Counted from the first letter of the stretch, positions 1-11,011 are shown. The stretch is DNA of 64,000 bases from Chromatiales bacterium (GCA_050486285.1 JBJHCZ010000010.1:11034-75033); one strand, 5' to 3'. Notes: generated by a model not told the origin, from the sequence alone. Numbers and translations: made by a program.

Positions 1-331
1 TCCGGTCAACAAGCACGCGGGGGTCGCCCTGCGCGCGATCTACGGCATCGGGCCGACGCGCGCGCGTGAGATCTGCATCGCGTCGAACATCGATCCGGCG
101 GTCAAGATCAAGGAACTGACCGAAGGCGAACTCGAGACGCTGCGCGCGGAGATCGCCAAGATCAAGGTCGAGGGCGACCTGCGCCGCGAGATCTCGATGA
201 ACATCAAGCGTCTGATGGACCTCGGCTGCTATCGCGGTATTCGCCACCGCCGCGGTCTGCCGGTCCACGGCCAGCGCACCAAGACCAACGCCCGGACCCG
301 CAAGGGCCCGCGCAAGATGATCCGGAAATAA
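1..331 (+). CDS. rpsM: 30S ribosomal protein S13, C-terminal part (5' end lies outside the window)
   Basis: The frame from nt 2 reads [51 protein letters not shown]...[29 protein letters not shown] (stop 329-331). It is followed by rpsK-rpsD-rpoA-rplQ in the canonical alpha-operon order. Confidence 0.93.
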   Translation, partial: PVNKHAGVALRAIYGIGPTRAREICIASNIDPAVKIKELTEGELETLRAEIAKIKVEGDLRREISMNIKRLMDLGCYRGIRHRRGLPVHGQRTKTNARTRKGPRKMIRK

Positions 332-365
332 GCTGTCCTGAAGTTCAGCAAAGGGTAGACAGAAC

Positions 366-755
366 ATGGCAAAGGGTACGACCAGGACCCGCAAGAAGAT
401 CAAGAAGAACGTCGTCGATGGCGTGGCTCACGTCCATGCGTCGTTCAATAACACCATCGTGACGATCACCGACATGCAGGGCAACACCCTGGCGTGGGCA
501 TCGGCCGGCGGCTCCGGTTTCAGGGGATCGCGCAAGAGCACCCCGTTCGCCGCCCAGGTCGCCGCCGAGAAGGCCAGCGAGAAGGTGAAGGAATTCGGCA
601 TGAAGAACGTCGAGGTGCTGGTCAAGGGCCCGGGTCCGGGCCGTGATTCCGCGGTGCGCGCGCTGCATGTCGCCGGTTTCAAGATCAGCAGCATCTCCGA
701 CGTGACGCCGATCCCGCACAACGGCTGCCGTCCCCCGAAGAAAAGACGTGTTTGA
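366..755 (+). CDS. rpsK: 30S ribosomal protein S11
   Basis: 129-aa ORF: [36 protein letters not shown]...[14 protein letters not shown], a canonical S11 sequence in operon context. Confidence 0.97.
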   Translation: MAKGTTRTRKKIKKNVVDGVAHVHASFNNTIVTITDMQGNTLAWASAGGSGFRGSRKSTPFAAQVAAEKASEKVKEFGMKNVEVLVKGPGPGRDSAVRALHVAGFKISSISDVTPIPHNGCRPPKKRRV

Positions 756-769
756 ACAGAGGTTAGAGC

Positions 770-1396
770 GTGGCTAAATATACCGATGCGAAGTGCCGAC
801 TGTGTCGCCGCCAGGGAGAGAAACTCTTCCTCAAGGGTGAGAAATGCTTCAGCGCCAAGTGCGCGATCGAGAAGCGCGGTTTCCCCCCGGGCCAGCACGG
901 CAAGCGGCGTACGCGCCTGACCGACTACGCGGTGCAGCTGCGCGAGAAGCAGAAGGTGCGCCGCATCTACGGCGTGCTCGAGAAGCAGTTCCGCCGTTAT
1001 TACCAGGAGGCCTCGCGTCGCAAGGGTTCGAGCGGCGAGAACCTGCTGCAGTTGCTCGAGAGCCGTCTCGACAACGTGCTGTACCGCATGGGCGTCGGCG
1101 CCTCGCGTTCGGAGTCGCGCCAGCTCGTCCGCCATAACGCGGTCACCGTCAACGGCAGGAAGGTCAACATCCCGAGCTACCAGGTCCAGGCGAACGATGT
1201 CATCGCCGTGACCGGTGACGCAGGCAAGCAACTGCGCATCCAGGCCTCGATGCAGTTCTCGCAGCAGCAGGGCGGCTGCGAGTGGATCGATGTCGATGCC
1301 GACAAGTTGCAGGCGGTGTTCAAGGGAGCGCCGGAGCGCTCCGATCTGCCGGCCGAGATCAACGAGCACCTGATCGTCGAGCTTTATTCGAAGTAA
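770..1396 (+). CDS. rpsD: 30S ribosomal protein S4
   Basis: 208-aa ORF with GTG start: [25 protein letters not shown]...[10 protein letters not shown], typical S4, in operon context. Confidence 0.96.
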   Translation: MAKYTDAKCRLCRRQGEKLFLKGEKCFSAKCAIEKRGFPPGQHGKRRTRLTDYAVQLREKQKVRRIYGVLEKQFRRYYQEASRRKGSSGENLLQLLESRLDNVLYRMGVGASRSESRQLVRHNAVTVNGRKVNIPSYQVQANDVIAVTGDAGKQLRIQASMQFSQQQGGCEWIDVDADKLQAVFKGAPERSDLPAEINEHLIVELYSK

Positions 1397-1451
1397 GCCC
1401 CCGTTGCGGGTGGTTTGCTGCTTGAAAACATTTTCTTAGGAGAGCCACTGG

Positions 1452-2477
1452 ATGAAGAGCTCAGCCACCGAGTTTCTGAAGCCCCGCGTGGTAGACGTTC
1501 AGGTGATCAACGAGCGCCACGCGAGGATTACGCTGGAGCCGCTCGAGCGCGGCTTCGGCCATACCCTGGGCAACAGCCTGCGCCGCATCATGCTGTCGTC
1601 GATGCCGGGCGTCGCCGTGACCGAGGTCGAGATCGACGGCGTGCTGCATGAGTACACGACGATCGAAGGCGTGCAGGAGGATGTCATCGACATCCTGCTC
1701 AACGTCAAGGGCATTGCGATCCGCATGGACGGCCGCGAGGAAGCGACGCTGACCCTGAAGAAGAAGGGCAAGGGCGCCGTGCTCGCGCGCGACATCGAGC
1801 TGGTCAGCGACGTCGAGATCATCAATCCCGATCACGTCATCGCCCACCTCACCGAGGTCGGAGAGCTCAGCATGACGCTGAAGATCGAGCGCGGCCGCGG
1901 TTATCAGCCCGCCTCGATCCGCAGCGAGATCACCGAGGGCGCCGCCAGCCGACCGATCGGCCGACTGCAACTCGATGCCTCGTTCAGCCCCGTGCGCAGG
2001 GTCAGCTACGTCGTCGACACCGCCCGCGTCGAGCAGCGCACCGACCTCGACAAGCTGATCATCGACCTCGAGACCGACGGCAGCGTCGACCCTGAGGAGA
2101 CGATCCGTCGCGCCGCGCGCATCCTCAAGAACCAGCTGACGGTGTTCATCGATCTCGAGAGCCCGGAGCAGGAAGAGCCGGTCGCCTTGCCCGAGGAGAT
2201 CGATCCGATCCTGCTGCGTCCGGTCGACGATCTCGAGCTGACGGTGCGTTCCGCGAACTGCCTCAAGGCCGAGAATATCTATTACATCGGCGACCTGATC
2301 CAGCGCACCGAGGTCGAGCTGCTGAAGACGCCGAACCTCGGCAAGAAGTCGCTGACCGAGATCAAGGACGTCCTTGCCTCCCACGGTCTGTCGCTCGGGC
2401 TGCGCCTCGAGAACTGGCCGCCGGCCGGCCTCAAGAGCAGGGACAGGGAAAACGAACAGGAAGTGGCGTCCGTCTAG
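1452..2477 (+). CDS. rpoA: DNA-directed RNA polymerase subunit alpha
   Basis: 341-aa ORF: [47 protein letters not shown] at the N-terminus and a C-terminal-domain motif [45 protein letters not shown]. Confidence 0.97.
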   Translation: MKSSATEFLKPRVVDVQVINERHARITLEPLERGFGHTLGNSLRRIMLSSMPGVAVTEVEIDGVLHEYTTIEGVQEDVIDILLNVKGIAIRMDGREEATLTLKKKGKGAVLARDIELVSDVEIINPDHVIAHLTEVGELSMTLKIERGRGYQPASIRSEITEGAASRPIGRLQLDASFSPVRRVSYVVDTARVEQRTDLDKLIIDLETDGSVDPEETIRRAARILKNQLTVFIDLESPEQEEPVALPEEIDPILLRPVDDLELTVRSANCLKAENIYYIGDLIQRTEVELLKTPNLGKKSLTEIKDVLASHGLSLGLRLENWPPAGLKSRDRENEQEVASV

Positions 2478-2518
2478 GTCGCCTTCCCCGCCAGCCGCGG
2501 GCAATCCGGAGCACAACG

Positions 2519-2914
2519 ATGCGTCATCGCAAGAGTGGCAGAAAACTGAGTCGCACCAGCAGTCATCGCAAGGCGATGTACCGCAATATGGCGGTTTCCC
2601 TGGTGCAGCACGAGATCATTCGCACGACCCTGCCGAAGGCCAAGGAACTGCGGCGCGTCGTCGAGCCGCTGATCACGATGGCGAAGAACGACGGCGCGAG
2701 CAGGCGCCGGACGGCCTTCGACCGCATCCGCGATCGCGCTGCCGTGACCAAGCTGTTCGATGAACTCGGCCCGCGTTATCGCGACCGTCCCGGCGGCTAC
2801 CTGCGTATCCTCAAGTGCGGCTTCCGTCCCGGCGACAGCGCGCCGATGGCCTACGTCGAACTGGTGAGTCGTCCCGAACCGGCCGCGGCCGGGGCGCAAC
2901 AGCGCGCCGAGTGA
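2519..2914 (+). CDS. rplQ: 50S ribosomal protein L17
   Basis: 131-aa ORF: [53 protein letters not shown], canonical L17, last gene of the alpha operon. Confidence 0.97.
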   Translation: MRHRKSGRKLSRTSSHRKAMYRNMAVSLVQHEIIRTTLPKAKELRRVVEPLITMAKNDGASRRRTAFDRIRDRAAVTKLFDELGPRYRDRPGGYLRILKCGFRPGDSAPMAYVELVSRPEPAAAGAQQRAE

Positions 2915-2916
2915 CG

Positions 2917-2949
2917 AAAAAAACCGGGCCTGAGCCCGGTTTTTTTTTT
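2917..2949 (+). terminator. Rho-independent terminator after rplQ, with potential to act in both directions
   Basis: Stem ACCGGGC (2923-2929) / GCCCGGT (2934-2940), loop CTGA. An A7 run precedes it and a T-run follows to 2949. It begins 3 nt after the rplQ stop. Confidence 0.9.
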
Positions 2950-3109
2950 GCGCCTTTGCGCAGGCGCAAGTGCGCGATTCACCGACCGAACTTGTATTGA
3001 AAGCGCAGACTGCATACCATCGATCAGAATTCGACGGTGGCATGGTGATGATCGTGCTTTTTACGCATTTCGGTTCCGCGGGGCCTTATCCCGGGCAGGG
3101 GGCGCAGGC

Positions 3110-4213
3110 GTGAACAACATCCTGCGTCGCTGGGTCCGCAAGTACTTCTCCGATCCCGAGGGCGTGATCCTCGGCGTGCTGCTGCTGGCCGGCTTCGCGA
3201 TCGTAATCTTCATGGGCAATATGCTGATGCCGGTGCTCGCGAGCATCGTCGTCGCCTATCTGCTCGAAGGGCTCGCCGGCATGCTGGAAAGGCGCGGCGT
3301 GCCGAGATTTGCCGCGGTCATGATGGTGTTCCTGCCGTTCCTCGCCTTCCTGACCTTCCTGCTGCTCGGTCTGCTGCCGCTGCTGACGACCCAGCTGACC
3401 GAACTGGTGCAGCTGCTGCCGAGCATGATCGCGCGCGGCCAGCAGTTGCTGCTGCGCCTGCCTGAGCAGTATCCGAACTTCGTCTCCGAGGCGCAGATCC
3501 AGGAGATCATGCAGCAGATCCGGGCCTCGGTCGGCACCATCGGCCAGAACCTCGTCTCGCTGTCGGTCGCGACCATCACCAGCGCGGTCACGCTGATCGT
3601 CTACCTGGTGCTGCTGCCGGTGCTGGTCTTTTTCTTCCTCAAGGACAAGCGGCTGATCATCGACTGGATCGCCGGCTACATGCCGCGCGAGCGCGGCCTG
3701 GCGACGCGGGTCTGGCAGGAGATGGAGCAGCAGATAGGCAATTACGTGCGCGGCAAATTCGTCGAGATCCTGATCGTCGGCGCGGTCTCGTATCTCGTGT
3801 TTGCGCTGCTCGGCCTCAATTTCGCGATGTTGCTCGGCGCCCTGGTCGGTCTGTCGGTGATCATCCCCTACGTCGGGGCGATCGTCGTCACTTTCCCGAT
3901 CGCGATCATCGCCTATTTCCAGTGGGGCTGGGGCGAGGAACTCGCCTGGGTCATGATCGCCTATGCGATCATCCAGGCCCTCGATGCGAACGTGCTGGTG
4001 CCGATGCTGTTTTCCGAGGCGGTCAACCTGCACCCGGTCGCGATCATCATTGCGGTGCTGGTGTTCGGCGGCATCTGGGGCTTCTGGGGCGTTTTCTTCG
4101 CGATCCCGCTGGCGACGCTGGTCAAGGCGGTGATCAATGCCTGGCCGCGCGCGCTGGAAGAGGAAGCGGCGGCGCCTCCCGATCCCGCCGCGCCCGAAGT
4201 CAAAGGGCCTTGA
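3110..4213 (+). CDS. AI-2E family (PerM/YhhT-like, UPF0118) membrane transporter
   Basis: Multi-pass membrane ORF (VNNILRRWVRKYFSDPEGVILGVLLLAGFAIVIFMG...FGGIWGFWGVFFAIPLATLVKAVINAW). The track ORF starts at 2948 inside the rplQ terminator, so in-frame GTG 3110 is the first plausible start. The start remains uncertain. Confidence 0.8.
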   Translation: MNNILRRWVRKYFSDPEGVILGVLLLAGFAIVIFMGNMLMPVLASIVVAYLLEGLAGMLERRGVPRFAAVMMVFLPFLAFLTFLLLGLLPLLTTQLTELVQLLPSMIARGQQLLLRLPEQYPNFVSEAQIQEIMQQIRASVGTIGQNLVSLSVATITSAVTLIVYLVLLPVLVFFFLKDKRLIIDWIAGYMPRERGLATRVWQEMEQQIGNYVRGKFVEILIVGAVSYLVFALLGLNFAMLLGALVGLSVIIPYVGAIVVTFPIAIIAYFQWGWGEELAWVMIAYAIIQALDANVLVPMLFSEAVNLHPVAIIIAVLVFGGIWGFWGVFFAIPLATLVKAVINAWPRALEEEAAAPPDPAAPEVKGP

Positions 4214-4667
4214 CCGCCTCCAGCACCTCGTCGGCGTGTCCCTCGACCTTGACCTTGCGCCATTCGCGGCGCAGGACGCCATCGGCATCGATCAGAAAGG
4301 TGCTGCGCTCGATGCCGCGCACCTGCTTGCCGTACATGTTCTTCATCCGGATCACGTCGAACAACTTGCACAGCTTCTCGTCGTCGTCCGACAGCAGGTC
4401 GAACGGGAAGCCCTGCTTTTCGCAGAACGATTCATGCGAGCGGACGCTGTCGCGCGACACGCCGAGGATCACGGTCTTCGCGCGTTTGAACGCGGCATGG
4501 CGGTCGCGGAAGTCCTGTCCCTCGAGGGTGCAGCCCGGGGTGTTGTCCTTCGGATAGAAATACAGGACGACGTGCTTGCCCCGCAGGTCCGACAGGCGGA
4601 TGGTCTTGTCGCCGGTCGCGGCGGCCTCGAAATCGGGGACGGGCTTGTCGAGCGCGATCTTTGCCAT
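4200..4667 (-). CDS. bcp: thiol peroxidase Bcp (peroxiredoxin)
   Basis: 155-aa ORF with VLYFYPKDNTPGCTLEG (peroxidatic Cys motif) and a Bcp-like overall sequence. Its 3' end overlaps the convergent AI-2E gene by 14 nt. Confidence 0.93.
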   Translation of the reverse strand: MAKIALDKPVPDFEAAATGDKTIRLSDLRGKHVVLYFYPKDNTPGCTLEGQDFRDRHAAFKRAKTVILGVSRDSVRSHESFCEKQGFPFDLLSDDDEKLCKLFDVIRMKNMYGKQVRGIERSTFLIDADGVLRREWRKVKVEGHADEVLEAVKAL

Positions 4668-4688
4668 GCGGGTCTCTTCCTCCGTTTC

Positions 4689-4905
4689 GCAGCGATGATG
4701 GCCGTGCCGGGGCGTTCAGGAATATTCAGTGCAGCGGGATCAGGGTCCGGGCCGGTGATGTCTTTTCAGGACCGCCATGAACCCATCCCTGGAGGCTGCC
4801 GCCGAGACATCCTGTCTCGGCGGCTCCTGAAAAGACATCACCGGCCCGGACCCTCCTGATGTCGCGTGCGATTCCTGAACGCCCCGGCACGGCCATCATA
4901 GCCGC
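4689..4905. repeat. composite nested palindrome of about 215 bp in the bcp/dapA divergent spacer
   Basis: Perfect arms 4695-4723/4871-4899 (29 bp), perfect arms 4742-4771/4825-4854 (30 bp), and an inner hairpin 4798-4808/4814-4824 (11 bp, loop ATCCT). All were read directly from the sequence. Confidence 0.95.
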
Positions 4906-4923
4906 GAATGAGGGATGCGCCAA

Positions 4924-4952
4924 TTGTCATCGCGACAGGCGGAAAGTAATAT
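4924..4952 (+). promoter_or_regulatory. putative sigma70 promoter of dapA
   Basis: TTGTCA (4924-4929), 17-nt spacer, TAATAT (4947-4952). GGAG lies about 8 nt upstream of ATG 4981. Prediction from sequence only. Confidence 0.45.
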
Positions 4953-4980
4953 GGGGGTCCAACCGGAAGTGGAGAAATCA

Positions 4981-5856
4981 ATGTTCCGCGGCAGCATGGT
5001 CGCCCTGGTGACCCCGATGGCGGAAGACGGGTCGCTGGATTTCGATGCATTGGGCAGGCTGGTCGAATTCCACATCGAAAACGGCACCAATGCGCTCGTC
5101 GCCGTCGGCACCACCGGGGAATCGGCAACGCTCAACGAGGCCGAGCATTGCGAGGTGATTCGCCGGATCGTCGACATGGTCCGCGGACGCATTCCGGTGA
5201 TTGCCGGCACCGGCGCGAACTCGACCCGCGAGGCGATCGACCTGACACGCTGTGCGATGGAGGGCGGCGCCGACGCCTGCCTGCTGGTTACCCCGTACTA
5301 CAACAAGCCGACCCAGGAAGGCCTGTATCTGCATCACAAGGCCGTCGCCGACGCCGTCCCGATCCCCCAGATCCTGTACAATGTCCCTGGCCGGACTGCC
5401 TGCGACCTGCTGCCGGAGACCGTCGAACGGCTGTCCCTCGTCCCCAATATCGTCGGCCTCAAGGAGGCGACCGGGGACCTTGGGCGACTTTCCGCCCTGC
5501 TCGACGGCTGCGGCGATCGCCTGGATTTCTTCAGCGGCGATGACGCCACCGGCCGTGAATTCATGCTGGCGGGCGGCAAGGGCGTGATCTCGGTGACGGC
5601 CAATGTCGTGCCGGCGGCGATGCGCAGCCTGTGCGACGCGGCGCTTGCCGGGGATCGCGAGCAGGCCGCGGCGATCGACAGCCGACTCGCGGCGCTGCAC
5701 CGTGACCTGTTCGTCGAATCGAATCCGATACCGGTAAAATGGGCGCTGTACGAGATGGGACTGATTCCGGCCGGCATACGCCTGCCGCTGACGCCGCTGT
5801 CGCTGCGGTATCGCGACACGGTAAGGCGCGCGCTCAGGGAAGGAGGGGCGCTGTGA
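4981..5856 (+). CDS. dapA: 4-hydroxy-tetrahydrodipicolinate synthase
   Basis: [51 protein letters not shown]... is typical DapA. ATG 4981 gives the usual length of about 291 aa. The track ORF extends upstream to 4915. Confidence 0.95.
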   Translation: MFRGSMVALVTPMAEDGSLDFDALGRLVEFHIENGTNALVAVGTTGESATLNEAEHCEVIRRIVDMVRGRIPVIAGTGANSTREAIDLTRCAMEGGADACLLVTPYYNKPTQEGLYLHHKAVADAVPIPQILYNVPGRTACDLLPETVERLSLVPNIVGLKEATGDLGRLSALLDGCGDRLDFFSGDDATGREFMLAGGKGVISVTANVVPAAMRSLCDAALAGDREQAAAIDSRLAALHRDLFVESNPIPVKWALYEMGLIPAGIRLPLTPLSLRYRDTVRRALREGGAL

Positions 5857-6098
5857 TTCCACGCTGGACGGCGCCCGTGGCGCTGGCGGTGGGATGCCTG
5901 GTGATGCTGGCGGCCTGCGCGAGCAAGCCCGATACCCGCTATCGCGACAGCGTCGACGGGCCGCCGCTGACGATCCCGGCCGGTCTCGATACCCCGGTCG
6001 CGTCGCGGGCGATGGAGATCCCGGCCGCGCGCGCCGGGATGACGGACGGGATCGACGACGACATCGAAAAGCCGCCGAGCTTGAGGCAGGGCCGCTAG
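5853..6098 (+). CDS. small lipoprotein, BamC (NlpB) N-terminal-segment-like
   Basis: GTG 5853 overlaps the dapA stop (GTGA), with SD GGAGG at 5842-5846. Signal peptide plus lipobox: [22 protein letters not shown]. It occupies the bamC position between dapA and purC and shows motif similarity to the BamC N-terminus (see findings). Confidence 0.6.
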   Translation: MIPRWTAPVALAVGCLVMLAACASKPDTRYRDSVDGPPLTIPAGLDTPVASRAMEIPAARAGMTDGIDDDIEKPPSLRQGR

Positions 6099-6129
6099 GA
6101 GGCTGCGCAGCGAGACCAAGCGGATCAAT

Positions 6130-6202
6130 GGGGTCAGAGTCGTTTGATCACCGGGATCATCAAATCCGACTGATGCAATCTCGATCAAACGACTCTGACC
6201 CC
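6130..6202. repeat. hairpin with a perfect 20-bp stem
   Basis: GGGGTCAGAGTCGTTTGATC (6130-6149) is perfectly complementary to GATCAAACGACTCTGACCCC (6183-6202), with a 33-nt loop. A second small hairpin CCAGCAgccTGCTGG follows at 6209-6223. Confidence 0.9.
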
Positions 6203-6286
6203 GCCGGGCCAGCAGCCTGCTGGCGCGCGAGGGTGCCCGGGGCGCACAATATCAACCGGTAACGAGAAGGTTCGAGCGGGGGAGTC

Positions 6287-7003
6287 ATGCAAGTCGAACA
6301 GGAACTGTATTCAGGCAAGGCGAAGTCGGTATACACCACCGCGGATCCCGATCTGCTGGTGCTGCGGTTTCGCGACGACACCTCGGCGTTCGACGGCCGC
6401 AAGATCGAGAAGCTCGCCCACAAGGGCGCCGTCAACAATCGCACCAATGCCTTCATCATGCAGGAGATCGAGAAGGCCGGCATTCCGACCCATTTCGTCC
6501 GCCTGCTGTCCGACACCGACTCGCTGGTCAAGCGCCTCGACATGATCCCGGTCGAGTGCGTGGTGCGCAACATCACCGCCGGGAGCATCTGCAAGCGGCT
6601 CGGCGTCGCGGAGAACTTGGACCTCGATCCGCCGACCTTCGAATTCTTCCTCAAGAACGACGAACTCCACGACCCGATGGTCAATGAATACCACATCCGT
6701 TCCTTCGGCTGGGCGACCGACGACGAGATCGCGACGATGAAGCGCCTGACCTTCGAGGTCAACGACGTGCTGAAGCAACTGTTCCTGAACGTCGGCATCC
6801 TGCTCGTCGATTACAAGCTCGAGTTCGGTCGTCACCACGGCGAGGTGCTGCTCGGCGACGAGTTCACCGCCGACGGCTGCCGCCTGTGGGACGCGGAGAC
6901 CCGTGAAAAGCTCGACAAGGACCGCTTCCGCCAGGGGCTCGGCGGCGTCGTCGAGGCCTACCAGGCCGTCGCCAGGCGACTCGGCGTCCCGCTGGACGCA
7001 TGA
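6287..7003 (+). CDS. purC: phosphoribosylaminoimidazole-succinocarboxamide (SAICAR) synthase
   Basis: 238-aa ORF: [45 protein letters not shown]...[12 protein letters not shown], typical PurC. Confidence 0.95.
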   Translation: MQVEQELYSGKAKSVYTTADPDLLVLRFRDDTSAFDGRKIEKLAHKGAVNNRTNAFIMQEIEKAGIPTHFVRLLSDTDSLVKRLDMIPVECVVRNITAGSICKRLGVAENLDLDPPTFEFFLKNDELHDPMVNEYHIRSFGWATDDEIATMKRLTFEVNDVLKQLFLNVGILLVDYKLEFGRHHGEVLLGDEFTADGCRLWDAETREKLDKDRFRQGLGGVVEAYQAVARRLGVPLDA

Positions 7004-7051
7004 CCCGGGCCGCCCTCCCGGGGACCACCGAATGATGCATCGCGACCTCTC

Positions 7052-10000
7052 ATGCTCCGTCTGAACGGCGGACCTGCGCACTCCCGTTTTCGCCTCGACA
7101 AGCTGGCCGGCGCCCTGCGGGAGCGGGTGCCGGCGGTCGGGGCAATCGCGTCCGCATGGGTGCATTTCGTCGATGTCGAGCGCACGCTCGGCCCCGATGA
7201 GCACGCGGTGCTCGAGCGTCTGCTGCGTTATGGGCCGGCGGACGCGCCTCCCGCGATCGCGGGGCAAGGCTTGCTGGTGGTGCCGCGCATCGGCACGATC
7301 TCGCCGTGGGCGAGCAAGGCGACCGATATCGCGCATATCTGCGGACTCGACGCGGTGCGCCGCATCGAGCGCGGTGTTGCCTGGACGATCGCCCGCGCCG
7401 ACGGCGGCGCCTTCGGCGCGGACGAGCTGGCGCTGATCACGCCGTTGTTGCATGACCGCATGACCGAGACCGTGCTCCATGCGGCGGAGGAGGCGGAAGG
7501 CCTGTTCCGCCAGGCCAAGCCGCAACCGCTGCGCGTGGTGGATGTGCTGACCGGCGGCCGCGACGCGCTGGTCGCGATCGACGCCGAACTCGGTCTCGCA
7601 CTCAGCGCGGACGAGATCGATTACCTGCTGGAGAGCTTCACCGGCCTCGGCCGCAATCCGACCGACGTCGAGTTGATGATGTTCGCGCAGGCCAATTCCG
7701 AGCATTGCCGCCACAAGATCTTCAACGCCGACTGGATCATCGACGGCCACGCCCAGGAGCAGAGCCTGTTCGGGATGGTTCGCACGACCGCGCGGCGTGC
7801 GCCGGACGGCCTGCATTCCGCCTATCGCGACAACGCGGCGGTGATCGCCGGTTCGCGCGGTCGCCGCTTCTTCCCCGATGCCGCGAGCGGCGAGTATCGC
7901 GGGGTCGACGAAGACATCCTGATCAACATCAAGGTCGAGACCCACAATCACCCGACCGCGATCTCGCCGTTCCCGGGCGCGGCGACTGGCGCCGGCGGCG
8001 AGATTCGCGACGAAGGGGCAACCGGACGCGGCGCCCGGCCCAAGGCCGGTCTGTGCGGCTTCTCGGTCTCGAACCTGCGCATCCCCGGCGCGCCGCGACC
8101 CTGGGAGACCGATCACGGCAAGCCGGGGCGCATCGTCACCGCGCTGGAGATCATGCTCGAGGGCCCGATCGGCGCCGCCGCGTTCAACAACGAGTTCGGG
8201 CGTCCGAACCTGGCCGGATACTTCCGCACCTACGAGGAACAGGTGCCGGGCCCCGGCGGTCGCCAGTTGCGCGGCTATCACAAGCCGATCATGATCGCCG
8301 GCGGCCTCGGCAACATCCGCGCCGACCATGTCGCCAAGCTGGACCTGCCGCCGACCGCGCAGCTGGTCGTGCTCGGCGGTCCGGCCTTGCTGATCGGCCT
8401 CGGCGGCGGCGCCGCGTCGTCGATGAACAGCGGGGCCAGCAGCGAGGCGCTCGATTTCGCGTCGGTGCAGCGCGGCAATCCCGAGATGCAGCGCCGTTGC
8501 CAGGAGGTCATCGACCGCTGCTGGCAGCTCGGCGACGACAATCCGGTCCTGTCGATCCACGACGTCGGCGCCGGCGGACTCTCCAATGCGTTGCCCGAAC
8601 TGGTGCACGACAGCGCGCGCGGCGCGAATATCGAGTTGCGCACCATCCCGTCGGACGACCCGCATATGTCGCCGATGCAGATCTGGTGCAACGAGGCCCA
8701 GGAGCGCTATGTGCTGGCGATCGCGCAGGAGGACATCGAGCGCTTCCAGGCGATCTGCGAGCGCGAGCGCTGTCCGTTCGCGATCGTCGGCGAGGTCACC
8801 GCCGAGGAACACCTGAAGGTCGGCGACGGCCTGTTCGACAACCTCGCGGTCGACATGCCGATGCCGCTGCTGTTCGGCAAGGCGCCGAAGACGCTGCGTG
8901 ACGTCCATCACCAAAGCTTCGCGCGCTCTGAATTCGATCCCGGCGGCATGTCCCTGCGCGAGGCCGCCGAACGCGTGCTGCAACTGCCGGCGGTCGCCGA
9001 CAAGTCCTTTCTGATCACGATCGGCGATCGCAGCGTCACCGGCCTCGTCGCCCGCGACCAGATGGTCGGCCCCTGGCAGGTGCCGGTCGCCGACGTCGCC
9101 GTGACCCTCGCCGACTACGACGGTTACCGCGGCGAGGCGATGGCGATGGGCGAGCGTGCGCCGGTCGCCTTGCTGCACCCGGCGGCGTCCGGCCGCATGG
9201 CGATCGGCGAGGCGCTGACCAATATCGCCGCCGCGCGCATCGGCGCCCTCGGCGACATCAAGCTGTCGGCGAACTGGATGGCGGCTGCCGGTCATCCGGG
9301 CGAGGACGCCGCGCTGTTCGACACCGTGCGCGCGGTGGCGCTGGAATTGTGTCCGGCCCTCGGCATCGCGATCCCGGTCGGCAAGGATTCGCTGTCGATG
9401 AAGACCCGCTGGCGCGAGGGCGACGAGGCGCGCGAGATGACCGCCCCCTTGTCGCTGATCGTCAGCGCCTTCGCGCCGGTACTCGACGCGCGCATGACGC
9501 TGACTCCCGAATTGCGCAGCGACGCCGGCGACAGCGACCTGATCCTGATCGACCTCGGCAAGGGGCGCAACCGGCTCGGTGGCTCGGCGCTGGCGCAGGT
9601 CTGCAAGCAGCTCGGCCATCACGCCCCGGATCTCGACGACCCGGCGATGCTGGCCGCATTTTTCGGCGCGATACAGGAGCTGAACCAGGAGGGCCTGCTG
9701 CTCGCCTACCACGACCGTTCGGACGGCGGGCTGTACGCAACCCTGTGCGAAATGGCCTTCGCCGGCCGAATCGGCGTCGATATCGACATCGCCGGCCTCG
9801 GCGACGACCCCTTCGCCGTGCTGTTCAGCGAGGAACTCGGCGCGGTGATCCAGGTACGCCACCGCGATACCGACGACGTGCTCGAATGGCTGCGCCGCGC
9901 CGGTCTCGGCCATGCCAGCCATGTCATCGGCACGCTGAACGATGACGACCGCATCACCCTCCGCCGCGACCGCCGCGAGCTGCTGGCCGATCGCCGGGCA

Positions 10001-10951
10001 GACCTGCACAGGCGCTGGTCCGAGACCAGCTACCGGATGCAGGCGCTGCGCGACAACCCGGAGACCGCCCGCGAGGAATATGACCGCCTGCTCGACGAGG
10101 CCGACGGCGGCCTGCACGCGGCGCTGACCTTCGATCCCGACGAGCCGGTGGTGGCGCCGCAACTGCTGCGCGGGGCCCGCCCGAGGATCGCGATCCTGCG
10201 CGAGCAGGGCGTCAACGGCCAGCAGGAGATGGCCGCCGCCTTCGACCGCGCCGGCTTCAGCGCGATCGACGTGCATATGAGCGATCTCGCGAGCGGGCGC
10301 CGTCGCCTCGACGACTTCGACGGCATCGCCGCCTGCGGCGGCTTCTCCTATGGCGACGTCCTCGGCGCCGGCGAGGGCTGGGCCAAGTCGATCCTGTTCA
10401 ATCCCGCGCTGCGCGACGCCTTCGCGGGGTTTTTCGCCCGCCCCGACAGCTTCGGCCTCGGGGTCTGCAACGGCTGCCAGATGATGGCGAACCTGCGCGA
10501 GCTGATCCCCGGCGCCGCGGCCTGGCCGCATTTCGTCCGCAATGCCTCGGAGCAGTTCGAGGCGCGGCTTTCGATGGTCGAGGTGCTGCCCTCGCCGTCG
10601 TTGTTCTTCGACGGCATGGCCGGCTCCAGGCTGCCTGTTATCGTGTCGCACGGCGAGGGCCGCGTCGAGCCACGGCATGGCCACGGGGAAGACGCGCTGC
10701 GCGCTGCCGGCCTCGCCGCGCTGCGCTACGTCGATCACGACGGCCGCCCGGCGGCGCGCTACCCGGCCAATCCGAACGGCTCGCCCGGCGCCCTCACCGC
10801 ATTCACGACCGGAGACGGCCGTTTCACGATCATGATGCCGCATCCGGAGCGGGTCTTCCGCAGCGTCCAGTTTTCGTGGCATCCGCCCGGTTGGGGCGAG
10901 GACAGCCCGTGGATGCGGCTGTTCCGCAATGCGCGGACCTGGCTCGGTTAG
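7052..10951 (+). CDS. purL: phosphoribosylformylglycinamidine synthase, single-chain large form
   Basis: 1299-aa ORF with [40 protein letters not shown] and a C-terminal glutaminase domain (GVCNGCQMM). Confidence 0.97.
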   Translation: MLRLNGGPAHSRFRLDKLAGALRERVPAVGAIASAWVHFVDVERTLGPDEHAVLERLLRYGPADAPPAIAGQGLLVVPRIGTISPWASKATDIAHICGLDAVRRIERGVAWTIARADGGAFGADELALITPLLHDRMTETVLHAAEEAEGLFRQAKPQPLRVVDVLTGGRDALVAIDAELGLALSADEIDYLLESFTGLGRNPTDVELMMFAQANSEHCRHKIFNADWIIDGHAQEQSLFGMVRTTARRAPDGLHSAYRDNAAVIAGSRGRRFFPDAASGEYRGVDEDILINIKVETHNHPTAISPFPGAATGAGGEIRDEGATGRGARPKAGLCGFSVSNLRIPGAPRPWETDHGKPGRIVTALEIMLEGPIGAAAFNNEFGRPNLAGYFRTYEEQVPGPGGRQLRGYHKPIMIAGGLGNIRADHVAKLDLPPTAQLVVLGGPALLIGLGGGAASSMNSGASSEALDFASVQRGNPEMQRRCQEVIDRCWQLGDDNPVLSIHDVGAGGLSNALPELVHDSARGANIELRTIPSDDPHMSPMQIWCNEAQERYVLAIAQEDIERFQAICERERCPFAIVGEVTAEEHLKVGDGLFDNLAVDMPMPLLFGKAPKTLRDVHHQSFARSEFDPGGMSLREAAERVLQLPAVADKSFLITIGDRSVTGLVARDQMVGPWQVPVADVAVTLADYDGYRGEAMAMGERAPVALLHPAASGRMAIGEALTNIAAARIGALGDIKLSANWMAAAGHPGEDAALFDTVRAVALELCPALGIAIPVGKDSLSMKTRWREGDEAREMTAPLSLIVSAFAPVLDARMTLTPELRSDAGDSDLILIDLGKGRNRLGGSALAQVCKQLGHHAPDLDDPAMLAAFFGAIQELNQEGLLLAYHDRSDGGLYATLCEMAFAGRIGVDIDIAGLGDDPFAVLFSEELGAVIQVRHRDTDDVLEWLRRAGLGHASHVIGTLNDDDRITLRRDRRELLADRRADLHRRWSETSYRMQALRDNPETAREEYDRLLDEADGGLHAALTFDPDEPVVAPQLLRGARPRIAILREQGVNGQQEMAAAFDRAGFSAIDVHMSDLASGRRRLDDFDGIAACGGFSYGDVLGAGEGWAKSILFNPALRDAFAGFFARPDSFGLGVCNGCQMMANLRELIPGAAAWPHFVRNASEQFEARLSMVEVLPSPSLFFDGMAGSRLPVIVSHGEGRVEPRHGHGEDALRAAGLAALRYVDHDGRPAARYPANPNGSPGALTAFTTGDGRFTIMMPHPERVFRSVQFSWHPPGWGEDSPWMRLFRNARTWLG

Positions 10952-11011
10952 CGAGAAATTCCGTCAAGTGTCTGTATTTTAATAGTTTTATTTAATTTCG
11001 CGAAAGGCCGC

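Noticed and set aside
2948-3109. N-terminal 54-codon extension of the AI-2E transporter ORF
   Set aside because: The extension begins inside the rplQ terminator T-run and encodes no hydrophobic or conserved sequence. GTG 3110 gives a protein of family-typical length. Similar upstream over-extensions were trimmed for dapA, prfC, valS, lptG, panC, ppc, zwf, pgi, trpF, trpA, accD, the deacetylase and the FKBP gene.
6311-10882. 1523-aa ORF on the minus strand, the longest ORF in the track
   Set aside because: It is exactly antisense to purL and its translation is low-complexity and Arg/Ala/Gly/Asp-rich with no motifs. This is the typical stop-codon-poor antisense frame of high-G+C DNA.
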